In this document: one piece after another, positions 20,967 to 31,565 of the stretch
Layout of the letters: every line of letters begins with the position of its first letter
How positions within the stretch are numbered: the stretch's first letter is position 1
IMG/VR virus record: IMGVR_UViG_3300027779_003464
Location: 54,608-118,607 of that record
Direction: 5' to 3' (one strand)
DNA length: 64,000 nucleotides
Origin: a virus
Program-made: the position numbers and the translations under genes
Notes under the pieces: model-generated
What the model saw: the letters and a program-made list of their open reading frames with translations, nothing else
Databases searched by the model: none
Told to the model about the DNA's origin: nothing

Positions 20967-22685
20967 ATGGCAGGATTCGGAGACAATATTCAAGGTAACA
21001 GCACAACAACGGCTCTTTCTAATCTAAGTAAATTTGGATCTAGATATGACGACTTACTTCTTAAAAATTCAAAAGCGATAGGGTTCGTTGAAGGACAACT
21101 CTCATCTAGATCAACCACTTTGAATAGTGGAAATGATCTTTTAAAGTTCTCAATGGCAATTGCGGATACCACATCTCAATTGAGAACGAAGGCAATCGCC
21201 TTCTTTCAGCTTGATTATGCAGTAAAGAGAGAAAGACTTAGAGATATTGCGTCTAACGGAGAAATCGAATTTGTCTTAGATACTATTGCAGATGATATGA
21301 TAGTATATGATGAAGAAAATAGGTGGTGTAGCCCAAATGATATAACAGGTAAAATACTATATAAAGGATCCAATAAAAAAGATAGACTTAATTATCAAGA
21401 AAATATAGTAAATAAGTATACTAATAATTTTGAAAATATTTACAATACTTGGGGATTTGGCGAAGGAATTGCAGCTTGGCAATATGCTTTTCAATTTTTA
21501 ATTGAAGGTCATTTATCCTTTGAAATCATATATGATAATCCAGAAAAACCTATGAAGGTTATTGGATTTAAGGAGCTCGACCCTGCTTCAATTGCGCCTC
21601 AACTAACTAAAGACGCCAAGGGAAAATTATATCTACAGTGGATGCAATATGATAATGGAAGTGGAAATACACGTACATTAACAGATTCACAAGTAATATA
21701 CATATCTTATGCTAATCACTTCAAAACAAAAAGAATTAGTTTTGTTGAAAGAATGATTAGATCATTTAATCTACTTAGAATAATAGAGCATAGTAAAGTT
21801 ATATGGCACGTAATGAATGCTCCTATTAGATTACAAACAAGTGTTCCAACTGGATCTAAGAGCTTTCAAAAAGCACAGGAGGATGTTAAAGAATTCTTAA
21901 ATCTATTAAAAGAAGATGTATTCTTTAATGGAGATACTGGTGAGTTAACCGTTGATGGAAAACCAAATATGCTATTCTATAAAAACTACGTTACTCCAAT
22001 AAACGATCAACAGCAGCAGGTTAAAATAGAGCCACTATCTTATCCCGGACCTAATTTATCTAGCTCTGAGTTACTTGGATATTTTACTAAAAAATTAAAA
22101 ATGGATTCTAAAATTCCTTACTCTAGATGGGAAGGACAATCCGGTATGGGAGCATTTACTTTAAACGCGGAAGGAATAACTAGAGAAGAAGTTAGATATC
22201 AAAAATTTATAAAAAGATTAAGATCGGCTTATTCTGAACTAATGGTTAAGCCTTGGTTTTTACAAATGTGTTTGGATTTTCCAGCACTTAAAAATGATTT
22301 TAAATTTAAAAATGCGATCGGTATAAACTACCACAATGATAACGTATTTGAAGAAATGAAAGAAAAAGAGTTAGAAGCTAAAAGAATAGCGTCATTTACT
22401 GCTAAGAAAGGCATAATGAAAGATGATGGAACTCCATTCTTCTCAACTGATTATTTAATTAGAACTGAATTGAGGATGACCGAATCTGAAATAAATGCAA
22501 ACGAAGAATGGTTTGAGATGAAAGAGCAAGCGATGGATACACCTCCTGGAGATATGGGAGCAGCAGCCGGAGGAGGAGACATGGGAGGAGGAGCAGGAGC
22601 AGCTGGAGCCGGAGGAGCAGAACCAGCAGCCGGAGGAGCAGAAACAATAGATGGCGGAGAAACTGGAGCCGACGGTTCATTATAA
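20967..22685 (+). CDS. portal protein (T4 gp20-like)
   Basis: FLIEGHL, LRIIEHSKVIW...AP, KIPYSR, ITREEVRYQKFIKRLR; Gly-rich acidic tail. Confidence 0.9.
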   Translation: MAGFGDNIQGNSTTTALSNLSKFGSRYDDLLLKNSKAIGFVEGQLSSRSTTLNSGNDLLKFSMAIADTTSQLRTKAIAFFQLDYAVKRERLRDIASNGEIEFVLDTIADDMIVYDEENRWCSPNDITGKILYKGSNKKDRLNYQENIVNKYTNNFENIYNTWGFGEGIAAWQYAFQFLIEGHLSFEIIYDNPEKPMKVIGFKELDPASIAPQLTKDAKGKLYLQWMQYDNGSGNTRTLTDSQVIYISYANHFKTKRISFVERMIRSFNLLRIIEHSKVIWHVMNAPIRLQTSVPTGSKSFQKAQEDVKEFLNLLKEDVFFNGDTGELTVDGKPNMLFYKNYVTPINDQQQQVKIEPLSYPGPNLSSSELLGYFTKKLKMDSKIPYSRWEGQSGMGAFTLNAEGITREEVRYQKFIKRLRSAYSELMVKPWFLQMCLDFPALKNDFKFKNAIGINYHNDNVFEEMKEKELEAKRIASFTAKKGIMKDDGTPFFSTDYLIRTELRMTESEINANEEWFEMKEQAMDTPPGDMGAAAGGGDMGGGAGAAGAGGAEPAAGGAETIDGGETGADGSL

Positions 22686-22691
22686 TATAAA

Positions 22692-23063
22692 ATGGAAGTA
22701 TCAATTATCATATCAATATTATTAATAGGAGTTGTTTGCTTTTGGGCTGGGCATAAGATCGGGTTGAATGCTCAAAGTAAAGCAGTAAAATCTGTCCTAG
22801 ATTCTTGGAAAGCAAATTATACGTTTACCTCAATTAATCATAAGGATAACTTATCAAATCATATTATGAATTCTGAATATGATGAGTGGGACTCAACTTC
22901 AACCTTCTCTAAAGATAATTACTTTTATAGTATATGTAAAGATTCTAGAAAAACTATTGAAGATAAGATGAATAAGGCATTAGAGCTAGAGGACTATGAA
23001 AAGGCTGCAAAGTACAGAGATATTTTAAAGAATATTAAAAAATCTGGCGGTTGTTCTAAGTAG
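22692..23063 (+). CDS. membrane-anchored protein with C-terminal UvrB/UvrC motif
   Basis: N-term TM helix; ALELEDYEKAAKYRD. Confidence 0.65.
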   Translation: MEVSIIISILLIGVVCFWAGHKIGLNAQSKAVKSVLDSWKANYTFTSINHKDNLSNHIMNSEYDEWDSTSTFSKDNYFYSICKDSRKTIEDKMNKALELEDYEKAAKYRDILKNIKKSGGCSK

Positions 23064-23247
23064 GCTTACTAAAAGTCCGTATAATTCTTTATAAATAAAT
23101 ATATAGTGGATAGTTAAACTATCCATAGGTGATAAGAAAGAAGCTGGAAGGGTAGAATGAAATTGTCACGTTCATTGTTTGTGCTGGAGAATAGAAGCCT
23201 TTTTTGGTTTCTCAATTAGATCCTAAATCTAAAAAAGCACAAAAGAT

Positions 23248-26200
23248 ATGAAAAAACTATTCACATTAGTATTACTTATACAGTTATTATTAGTCAATAA
23301 CTCAATTTCCCAATGCACACATACATTTACAGGATACGATTCTTATGGAGATGGGTGGAATGGAGCAAGTGTAACAGTTATGGTTAACGCTCAGCCAGTT
23401 GGGATGATTGCAATGGCTACTGGCGCACAAGAATCTCTTACATTTCAAGCAAACGATGGAGACTTAATTAAATTAGATTGGATTTCTGGAACATATGATT
23501 ATGAAATATCTTGGGATTGCCTAGATGGCGGAAATAATACTATTGCGATGGGAGTATATGGAACCGTTGGAGTCGGAACTGGAGCTTGTCCCGCACCTAC
23601 GCCCTGTGCTACATTAGATTATGTTCAAGACTTTGAAAGTGGAACTACACTACTCGCTGCTACAACTGGCGCGGGGTCAAGTGTTACGATCGATGGCACA
23701 TCCGCTAATTCTAGTGTTTATGGATTACATATGCAAGGAAATACTTCGTCCGGTTGGGGATCATCTTATGCCACAGGATTAGCCGCATTTACAAATTCTA
23801 CTAGCCACATTGCTTCTGTTAGCAGAGAGATATGTGCTCCTTTACAACCTACTGTTAAGATGACTTTTAATAAAATGCAGACATATACTTATAATGTAAA
23901 TTATTCATGGTTCAGAGTTACAGTTAACGGTACCCCTATACCAGATATAAATGGCAATACTTATTTTAATGGTTCTAGTAATATTTGGGAATCAATGGAA
24001 TATAATTTATCAGCATATACAGGAGCAGCTTTTACTTTAGCTTTTGAAACATGTAACAAATATTATACAGGTTATACAACCACTGGAATGGGCGGGGACG
24101 CATCTTATATAGATGATATTCTTATTGCTCAGTCATCAAGCCTATCACCTCCGACTGCCCCTGGATCGATATCAGGAAATAGTTATCCAAACTCCGGAGA
24201 AGTTATAACATATAGTATATCACCAATACAAGGAGCAGATTATTATACATGGACTACTCCTATAGGATGGTCAATAACTTATGGCCAAACGACAACATCC
24301 ATTACTGTGGCTACAAATAATAACTCAGGAACATTATCAGTAACTGCAACTAATCAAGCCGGCACCTCTTCGGCTACGACATTAGCGGTGACATCAGCAG
24401 TTTTAGTAACATCATATCCTTATGAAACAGCTTTCGAAAATGAAACAAATGATGTTACTACAGGCTCCGCTACAGGCTTTACCTTTACAGAAAATGGTTG
24501 GAGAAACGTTAGTGGTGATGATGGGGATTGGAGAACAGATGCAGGTGGAACGGGAAGTACTAATTCCGGTCCTGGTGGTGGAGCATCAAGTGGTGTATCC
24601 GATCATTATCCAGGAACATCATCTGGTAAATATATTTATACGGAAGCGTCAACACCTAATTATCCCTCTAAAGAATTTCATTTATGGTCACCACCCTTTA
24701 ATTTAACTTCTCTAACGGCGCCGACATTGACATTTTGGTATAGTATGTATAGTGTAAGCGGTGCATCCCTAGCCTTACAATATTCTCTTGATAACGGAGC
24801 TAATTGGGCAAATAATATTGCCTTCATGTGTACTACTACATTTCCAATCGCGGTTATTTATCAAGATATGGGAACTAATTGGAGACAAGGATTTGTCGAT
24901 CTATCTGCGTTACAGTCCAATTCGAACATCATGTTTAGATTTATAGTTACTACAGGTACTAGTTGGGATGGCGATATTTGTTTAGATGATATCAAATTAG
25001 TAGATGCTGCTAACACATCAGTGGATGTAGGAGAAAATATTACATTAGGTTCTAGTGCATATGATGGTGCTTATGGATTAGTATTAAATGGAACATCATC
25101 CCAAATAATTAATCCAGAAGGATATAGTATTTCAAATATAACAATTAATAATTCAGATGGAGTAACGGTAGATGGGAGCGATTTAAAGATAGATGGTATT
25201 CTTACATTAACTGATGGAGTAATAACTACCGGATCTAATAAAGTAATAACTACTGCTGCTCCAACTGGATCTATATCAGGCGGTAGTGCAACATCTTTCA
25301 TAAATGGAACACTGAGAAGATATATTGCTACTAGTTCAGCAACTTATATATTCCCTATAGGTAATGGAACTGGAACTTCAAACTACCAAAGAGCTGATTT
25401 AATAAATGGAAACTTAGTTGGAATAAGCTATATAACCGCTTCAACTACTGATATGGCTGGAGGTAATATGACTCAATTAAGTCCAGGCCTTACTCAAAAT
25501 ACTTCGGTATTAGCTGAGATCTTCGATAAGAGTTGGACATTAACTCCTAATGCACAACCGTCAGGCGGAACATATGGCGTGAATCTATATCTTAATGGAG
25601 TTGGTGGAGGAACAATAGCAGATGATAACTTTACAATTGTTAAACGACCAACTGGTTCTACAACATGGAATGATTGGGATTCATTTGAATCAACCACAAC
25701 TATACCGGTTGGGGGAGATCCGGGAAGAACTGTTGCTGGTGGATATATGCAAAAATCAGGATTTACATCATTTAGTGACTTTGGCGGCGGCGGATCCGGC
25801 GGAGGACCCTTACCGATAGTTTTAATTAGTTGGGATGCTGAAATAGTTGGAGAATCTACTTCATTAACTTGGTCGGTAGCTTCACAGGTAAACAATGATT
25901 TTTATTCAATACACAGAAGTTTAGATTGTGAACATTGGGAAGAGGTTGCTAAAATACCTGGAGCAGGTAATGCTAATTCATTAATGAACTATCATATTTT
26001 CGATGAGAATCCTTATATAGGACAATCTTATTACAGATTAATGCAAACCGATTATGATGGTAAAACTGAGAAATTTAGTTTATTGGGAGTATTTTACGAC
26101 AAACCAATTATACTAAGTATCAATCCAAATCCAGTTGAAGAGGTATTAACATTATACTTATCTGAAACGCTAAAAGGAGTAACTCACGTTACTATCTACA

Positions 26201-26349
26201 ATACAAGAGGACAACAACTTTACACCAAAGGTTTTATCGGAAATTGGAAAGTAATTGAATTAGATGTGTCAAACTATAAAAAAGGTTATTATCTACTAGA
26301 CGTAGATCACAACCACCGCAAGGGAACATTAAAATTTATAAAAGAATAA
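23248..26349 (+). CDS. large secreted protein with signal peptide, PKD-like and MAM-like domains and a T9SS C-terminal sorting domain
   Basis: Sec signal; DSYGDGWNG; DHYPG..GKYIYTEAS...GDICLDDI (MAM); PLPI.L...YYRL.Q.D.DG; NPNP...KGYYLL...KFIKE (Por secretion tail). Confidence 0.88.
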   Translation: MKKLFTLVLLIQLLLVNNSISQCTHTFTGYDSYGDGWNGASVTVMVNAQPVGMIAMATGAQESLTFQANDGDLIKLDWISGTYDYEISWDCLDGGNNTIAMGVYGTVGVGTGACPAPTPCATLDYVQDFESGTTLLAATTGAGSSVTIDGTSANSSVYGLHMQGNTSSGWGSSYATGLAAFTNSTSHIASVSREICAPLQPTVKMTFNKMQTYTYNVNYSWFRVTVNGTPIPDINGNTYFNGSSNIWESMEYNLSAYTGAAFTLAFETCNKYYTGYTTTGMGGDASYIDDILIAQSSSLSPPTAPGSISGNSYPNSGEVITYSISPIQGADYYTWTTPIGWSITYGQTTTSITVATNNNSGTLSVTATNQAGTSSATTLAVTSAVLVTSYPYETAFENETNDVTTGSATGFTFTENGWRNVSGDDGDWRTDAGGTGSTNSGPGGGASSGVSDHYPGTSSGKYIYTEASTPNYPSKEFHLWSPPFNLTSLTAPTLTFWYSMYSVSGASLALQYSLDNGANWANNIAFMCTTTFPIAVIYQDMGTNWRQGFVDLSALQSNSNIMFRFIVTTGTSWDGDICLDDIKLVDAANTSVDVGENITLGSSAYDGAYGLVLNGTSSQIINPEGYSISNITINNSDGVTVDGSDLKIDGILTLTDGVITTGSNKVITTAAPTGSISGGSATSFINGTLRRYIATSSATYIFPIGNGTGTSNYQRADLINGNLVGISYITASTTDMAGGNMTQLSPGLTQNTSVLAEIFDKSWTLTPNAQPSGGTYGVNLYLNGVGGGTIADDNFTIVKRPTGSTTWNDWDSFESTTTIPVGGDPGRTVAGGYMQKSGFTSFSDFGGGGSGGGPLPIVLISWDAEIVGESTSLTWSVASQVNNDFYSIHRSLDCEHWEEVAKIPGAGNANSLMNYHIFDENPYIGQSYYRLMQTDYDGKTEKFSLLGVFYDKPIILSINPNPVEEVLTLYLSETLKGVTHVTIYNTRGQQLYTKGFIGNWKVIELDVSNYKKGYYLLDVDHNHRKGTLKFIKE

Positions 26350-26356
26350 TATATAT

Positions 26357-26605
26357 ATGGATAATTTAAAAAATGCGTTATATGCTGGTCTAGGACTGGC
26401 TAAACAAACAGAAGATCAGGTAAAAGAAAAATTTGATTTACTAGTTGCAAAAGGAAAAAGAGTTGATACAGAAGGTAAACATTTAATTTCTGATTTATTT
26501 GAAGCTTTAACCGAAGTCAAGAAAAAACATGATGAGAAGTTTGTAGAAACTTTAAATGATAGTATTGATAAAGTAGAGGAATTACTTCAAACATTAAAAA
26601 AATAA
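26357..26605 (+). CDS. phasin-like (PHA granule-associated family) protein
   Basis: LKNALYAGLGLA..T...VKE.FD.LVAKG. Confidence 0.6.
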   Translation: MDNLKNALYAGLGLAKQTEDQVKEKFDLLVAKGKRVDTEGKHLISDLFEALTEVKKKHDEKFVETLNDSIDKVEELLQTLKK

Positions 26606-26621
26606 AATAAAATACATAACG

Positions 26622-27095
26622 ATGCAGAATCTTCCTAGCTACACTAACCTATTAATTAGATTAGTTTTAAGCGCATCTGGAATATTTTCAATGTTTATGC
26701 TTCCAATTATATTTGGACGCATGGACAGTTATAGTAGCTATTATATTTGTTCTCCTATATTATTTACATCATTATTTAGTATACTTGCAGTCGGGCTGTA
26801 TATACATAGTAATATACAATGGAGGTATCCAGCAATACTATTAATAATATTGTCTATATTTAATATGCATGACGCCCCATTGCTTCACTACGGCGCCGCC
26901 ATTCTATTTTTTATAAGCTCAACATATTCTATGTGGAATGATAAGAGAGTAGGTGGATTTGGAAAAATTTCTGCTATATTATATGGATTATTCTTTATAG
27001 ACTTATTAATATTTGAATTAATTCAAGTTATTATAATATGCTCATTTCATCTAATATACATATTTAAGATGATTAAAATTAAAGCTAAATCTTGA
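26622..27095 (+). CDS. multi-pass membrane protein
   Basis: 5-6 hydrophobic segments. Confidence 0.65.
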   Translation: MQNLPSYTNLLIRLVLSASGIFSMFMLPIIFGRMDSYSSYYICSPILFTSLFSILAVGLYIHSNIQWRYPAILLIILSIFNMHDAPLLHYGAAILFFISSTYSMWNDKRVGGFGKISAILYGLFFIDLLIFELIQVIIICSFHLIYIFKMIKIKAKS

Positions 27096-27096
27096 A

Positions 27097-27471
27097 TTAT
27101 TTATATAATATAGAATAAGGGCTCTTATCTCCATCTACTATAATATTTAAAACATATAGTTTATTTCCATTTGAATCCTTAGTATAATATGGGGATACAC
27201 TGATATTTCTTCTTTTTCCTTCAGATACGAATTGATTCATTTGGCTATTTGCCTCATCTGCTAATTGGAATGGATTAAGATCGAAATCAAATAGGTATTT
27301 TTCTACTTGTAATCCAAAGCTAGGCTCACCTAAAACTTCTCCTTTATTAGTTAGTAGTGTCATTCTAACTTGGGTAATACATGCTTCCAAATCATCATAC
27401 ACTTCTACTTGATCCTTTCTAAATTTAGGGTCTTCTTCTGATCTTGTATAAAAATCTCTAACGTTTGCCAT
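27097..27471 (-). CDS. baseplate wedge subunit gp25-like
   Basis: LLTNKGEVLGEPSFGL....LFD. Confidence 0.85.
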   Translation of the reverse strand: MANVRDFYTRSEEDPKFRKDQVEVYDDLEACITQVRMTLLTNKGEVLGEPSFGLQVEKYLFDFDLNPFQLADEANSQMNQFVSEGKRRNISVSPYYTKDSNGNKLYVLNIIVDGDKSPYSILYK

Positions 27472-27477
27472 ATAATA

Positions 27478-28074
27478 TTATTTATCTTCTCTGTATTGTG
27501 CTGCTGTCTTACCTAATATACCTAGCTCATCTAGCATATCTATATCAGATTGCTCCCATTCTTCTTCTCGTGCCCACTTAGCAGCAAACACTTCAATTAA
27601 TATAGGATCTGTAAGTACCCATCGCTTTTGATCATTCTTAGTACAGTGTGCATATAAAATACCGACCTGTCCATCTCCACTCCAACGTCCAGAATTTCCT
27701 GTTAAAAAGGAAGAGCCAAATCCTCTATCTTCAGTTGGGTTCCATTTTCTATGATCTGGGATATCTACCTTCTTATTCCAATCATATCCTCCTCTATCTC
27801 TTTTTCCTTCTTTATCGGCTCCCATTTCATAGTATAATCTACTTAAATCACTATATCTTACTCCTTCTTTTCCTGATTTATATATAAGTTCAAGCATATT
27901 AAGAGCTACACTTGTTTTATTATTTTTATATCTCTGTACCTTTTCTTTGTCACTTCCCTTATCAAAATCAGTATAAATATAGCTACCCATAAAATCAAAG
28001 AACTTTCCATCTTGTTGAATAGTTCCCTCTGTTATAAATTCACTAAAATCTGATATTGCTTTATGTTTGCTCAT
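27478..28074 (-). CDS. hypothetical, putative internal head protein
   Basis: ISDFSEFITEG N-term motif. Confidence 0.55.
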   Translation of the reverse strand: MSKHKAISDFSEFITEGTIQQDGKFFDFMGSYIYTDFDKGSDKEKVQRYKNNKTSVALNMLELIYKSGKEGVRYSDLSRLYYEMGADKEGKRDRGGYDWNKKVDIPDHRKWNPTEDRGFGSSFLTGNSGRWSGDGQVGILYAHCTKNDQKRWVLTDPILIEVFAAKWAREEEWEQSDIDMLDELGILGKTAAQYREDK

Positions 28075-28078
28075 ATTC

Positions 28079-28813
28079 TTATTGATTATATAAATACATC
28101 CAGTCTGTTGTATTTTCTCCTTTCATCATCGCTTTTACATCTTCCATTTCCTTTTCAGCAGTTGCTACTATACTTTGATAATTAAGAGTAACATCTCCTG
28201 GAAGTTGATAATTGAATGTCTGTAGCATATGCGATAATCTTACTTTAGCATGAGCCCTTACATATCTTTGAAATAATTCATCCTCATACAATTCTTCCTT
28301 TTCTATTTTCTTAAATACTCTAGCTACTGCGTTAGCTTTTGGAGTTCTCCCGATAAATCCTAACATTTTAGTATTTTTATTAAAGTCATATGCTATAGTA
28401 TCAAGTATTAAACCTCTAGTTAAATCTAAGAATGAAAACATAATAGTTCTATACATTATAGATTCTCCCATAAATGGAGTAAGGTATATCTCAGATCCAA
28501 TAAATTTTTGTTCAGAAAAGTCTCTATCAATTGTTGCAAAAATAGAAGCGCCCTTTGCTTCCTTTAGATCGGCAACAAATGCCACACAATCCGGCATCTG
28601 TATTTGTCTCTTTTCCTTAAAGCATTGATTCTTCATAAGCTCAGTTGGTATGATAATATATTGGGATTCTACAGCATGTCTCCAGTTATCATAGAAATAC
28701 TTAGAGTCTATTTCTAAAACCCGCTTTAATTCTTTTTCAGGTAAAGAATATGGAAGTGCTCCTGAGAATGTTATCTCATCTTGAATGTCTTGTAAAAGGT
28801 CTTGTTCAGTCAT
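28079..28813 (-). CDS. neck/head-tail adaptor (T4 gp13-like)
   Basis: C-term FQRYVRAHAK......L..F...LPGDVTLN...I...A.KE. Confidence 0.75.
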   Translation of the reverse strand: MTEQDLLQDIQDEITFSGALPYSLPEKELKRVLEIDSKYFYDNWRHAVESQYIIIPTELMKNQCFKEKRQIQMPDCVAFVADLKEAKGASIFATIDRDFSEQKFIGSEIYLTPFMGESIMYRTIMFSFLDLTRGLILDTIAYDFNKNTKMLGFIGRTPKANAVARVFKKIEKEELYEDELFQRYVRAHAKVRLSHMLQTFNYQLPGDVTLNYQSIVATAEKEMEDVKAMMKGENTTDWMYLYNQ

Positions 28814-28825
28814 ATTAGTTTTTAT

Positions 28826-29281
28826 TTATTGATTTGAGCCAGGTCCTCCAGAGTTATTGTCTCTACTGTGGCCCTGGTTTCCTAATTTTATAATATCAGT
28901 ATAGTTATCTTTTTTCTTACTAAATGCCCGTAGTGCTCTTTGATTTTTCTTATTTGACCGGTCATCCGCTTTTCCTGCTCTTTCCATACATATCTTAACC
29001 CATTCTTGTATATTATGGTCCTTTAATAGTTTTTTCCAATTACTATGAAATATTAAATTTATAGCTCTAGTTATATCTACTTCTTGTATCTCCGGAGTCT
29101 TAGAATATCTATATGGATTTCTAGCTGCTTTTTCATTAGCTAGCTCTTGAGCTATTGCTAAAATTTGAGAATGTATACTAGACACTGCTCCTTGCACCAT
29201 ACCTGCAAAATTAGTAGGATATACTGTTTTAATTTCAGTCTCATTAATATATTCCTTATATGTCTTTATACTTTTCTTCAT
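28826..29281 (-). CDS. hypothetical, putative internal head protein
   Basis: IKTYKEYINE, close to the T4 CTS MKTYQEFIAE. Confidence 0.6.
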   Translation of the reverse strand: MKKSIKTYKEYINETEIKTVYPTNFAGMVQGAVSSIHSQILAIAQELANEKAARNPYRYSKTPEIQEVDITRAINLIFHSNWKKLLKDHNIQEWVKICMERAGKADDRSNKKNQRALRAFSKKKDNYTDIIKLGNQGHSRDNNSGGPGSNQ

Positions 29282-29287
29282 AATTTA

Positions 29288-29575
29288 TTAAGCGACAACG
29301 GTTGCTTGATCAGCATTAGATTGAGCCTGATTTGCTTGGTTAGCCAAATCTACTGCTGTATCTGCCGCTACCTTATCAACCTTTGCCATTTCTTGATCTA
29401 GTAATATTCTTTTTTCCTTTACATTAGCTAATCTTTTTAATAGTTCAGCTTCTTCTTGATTTAAGGCATCATATTGTGATTGAAATTCTGGGTTTGCCCC
29501 CATTACCAACTGATCTTCTTTAATTTCTTTAGCTTTATTATTAGTATAGCTTTTAAATGATTTTACATGTGGCAT
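29288..29575 (-). CDS. hypothetical coiled-coil protein
   Basis: VKSFKSY N-term motif; coiled-coil character. Confidence 0.55.
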   Translation of the reverse strand: MPHVKSFKSYTNNKAKEIKEDQLVMGANPEFQSQYDALNQEEAELLKRLANVKEKRILLDQEMAKVDKVAADTAVDLANQANQAQSNADQATVVA

Positions 29576-29584
29576 TACTTTTAG

Positions 29585-29869
29585 TTATTTTTTTCTATTG
29601 GAAAAAGAATTACTTTTTCCTATAAAATCCTTATAAGTAAGAACTTTATTTTTTTTATCTTTAGACTTAGGATTTGCTCCAAGGTTAATTCCTGTTCCTC
29701 CTGACATAGCAGGAGAATTAGACCAATGTCTTGGAACCGCCGATCCTCTTGATGTAGTTATAATGTTCGTCCTAGGTCGAATATGGTCCGGCTGAAATAA
29801 ATGATCCGATGCATTTCTTCCAATTGTAACTTTTCCTTCTCTAATATATTTGTCAAATCCTTTTACCAT
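29585..29869 (-). CDS. hypothetical protein
   Basis: Likely start MVKGFDKYIREG; C-term KVLTYKDFI. Confidence 0.55.
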   Translation of the reverse strand: MVKGFDKYIREGKVTIGRNASDHLFQPDHIRPRTNIITTSRGSAVPRHWSNSPAMSGGTGINLGANPKSKDKKNKVLTYKDFIGKSNSFSNRKK

Positions 29870-29873
29870 ATCA

Positions 29874-30254
29874 TTAAAATTCAAAATCGTCAGCTGAACT
29901 ATTATTTTCATCGTTACCAGATTCTCCTTGAGACCAGGTTGGAGCAGATACTGGAGTATCTTTCGCGTATTCTGGGGTCACCTGATCATCACCAACCTCT
30001 ACTGTCTCAGTACCATCAATATTTATAGCGGAGTCTCCCTCGTGTGATCCTGAGGATACTCTAGCGCCTACTGCGTCTAATATCGATTTTAATGCCTCAT
30101 ATTCAGCATCTCCTTCAGAATCAAAGGAAGCTACCTTATCTAATAAATCTTTAATTGTCATATTTAATAGTTCCTGTGGCATAGGATCATCTGGATTATT
30201 ACCGTAAATGTGTTCTCCTTCTAAAAGTCTGTCTATAGTAGTATAGTCTTTCAT
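29874..30254 (-). CDS. acidic hypothetical protein
   Basis: 126 aa, preceded by ATAAATAA. Confidence 0.6.
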   Translation of the reverse strand: MKDYTTIDRLLEGEHIYGNNPDDPMPQELLNMTIKDLLDKVASFDSEGDAEYEALKSILDAVGARVSSGSHEGDSAINIDGTETVEVGDDQVTPEYAKDTPVSAPTWSQGESGNDENNSSADDFEF

Positions 30255-30337
30255 AATTACTTTTATTTTTATTTATTTGAACCATTAAGTATCTTTTAGT
30301 ATAATAATATAGTACGTTAAAAGAAAATACTAAAAAA

Positions 30338-30550
30338 ATGATAAATGAATTAAAAATAGTTCAAGATAAGCTAGAAAAGGATATTTTATCTAAAATAGAT
30401 GAGATACGAGAAAATATAATAATTGGAAAAGGACCGGGAGAAGTTGCTCAAATAGCCATGCTAGATGTAATAAGTGAAGAGCTATCTGATGTATTATTAA
30501 ATTGGGAACCATTACCTTATAATAGTAACATCGGAGATGATAAGTTTTAA
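30338..30550 (+). CDS. hypothetical protein
   Basis: 70 aa with a GAACC-N16-TATAAT promoter. Confidence 0.55.
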   Translation: MINELKIVQDKLEKDILSKIDEIRENIIIGKGPGEVAQIAMLDVISEELSDVLLNWEPLPYNSNIGDDKF

Positions 30551-30942
30551 AGATCCATTAATCTAAGATATCCTTCTTTAAAGTATTTAAATGACTTCTC
30601 AAATTGTCTCTGTATATATGGACTTATTGATCTTTTAGATATTGCAGAATATTTACTTAAAGCTGCATCTGTTAATGCGTCAAATGATTCTAGTATAGAT
30701 TTAATATCATCAATGTCATCTGCAATCTCAGGTCTTTCTTCTAAATTAAATGGGAGTTCATACTGATTTTCAATATCTTCTTCCTCTTCTTCATCTGGAT
30801 TTGCGCCTAACTCATAAAACCTAGAAGAAACATCAGGACGCTGGTGAGTTTCTGCACTCAGTAAAAACATCCTTAAATTCTCATGAAGTTCCTTTTTAAA
30901 ATTAGTTATCTCAACTTTACTATATTTCTTATTTGACCCCAT
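30547..30942 (-). CDS. hypothetical protein
   Basis: 131 aa ORF. Confidence 0.55.
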   Translation of the reverse strand: MGSNKKYSKVEITNFKKELHENLRMFLLSAETHQRPDVSSRFYELGANPDEEEEEDIENQYELPFNLEERPEIADDIDDIKSILESFDALTDAALSKYSAISKRSISPYIQRQFEKSFKYFKEGYLRLMDL

Positions 30943-30943
30943 T

Positions 30944-31540
30944 TTATAAATATCCTGGTAATTTTATTATTTTAACTTTTAAGTTTTCTAAATCTTCTTC
31001 TTTTAATTTTCTTTTTCTTTTGACAAAGTCTAAAGTCATCATACCTATACATTTCTTTTCTAAGTCAAACAGTCCCCAATGGTATGTAGATTTATTTCCC
31101 GCTTCTATTTGATGAACCTTACATAGTGAATTTGGAAAATCAGCATTTACATCATAATAAGGACAACACCAATTTTCAAATAAAGGTAGTAATGAAGCAT
31201 TACATGAAGAGACTGGTAAATCCTTGGATATATCCGACATTCTTTGTATTCCAGATGCGGCTACCTCATAGGTCATTGAAAGCTTTTGCATAGATTTTCC
31301 AGTATAAAATTCTCCTCCATTATGAAATTGTAATATAGTTAAACGATCGGCGTTAAATTTATCTCTAATCTCTTCTAAATTATCTAATAATTCTTGATCT
31401 TCTTTTATTTGAACATGAATTTTGCATTCCTTCTGATTTATCTTTCTAGACAGATAATTCTTATACCAAACTACGCTTAGTGCTGTTGCTGATCCAATGA
31501 TCGCTGTTAATATCGGCACTAAATATTCTTCTCCAAACAT
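30944..31540 (-). CDS. putative holin (single TM plus GAF-like domain, T4 T-like)
   Basis: N-term TM helix; DRL.ILQFHNG...S.TYEV; IGMMTLDF. Confidence 0.55.
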   Translation of the reverse strand: MFGEEYLVPILTAIIGSATALSVVWYKNYLSRKINQKECKIHVQIKEDQELLDNLEEIRDKFNADRLTILQFHNGGEFYTGKSMQKLSMTYEVAASGIQRMSDISKDLPVSSCNASLLPLFENWCCPYYDVNADFPNSLCKVHQIEAGNKSTYHWGLFDLEKKCIGMMTLDFVKRKRKLKEEDLENLKVKIIKLPGYL

Positions 31541-31565
31541 TCCTTTCTTCTAATTTTTTATAAAA

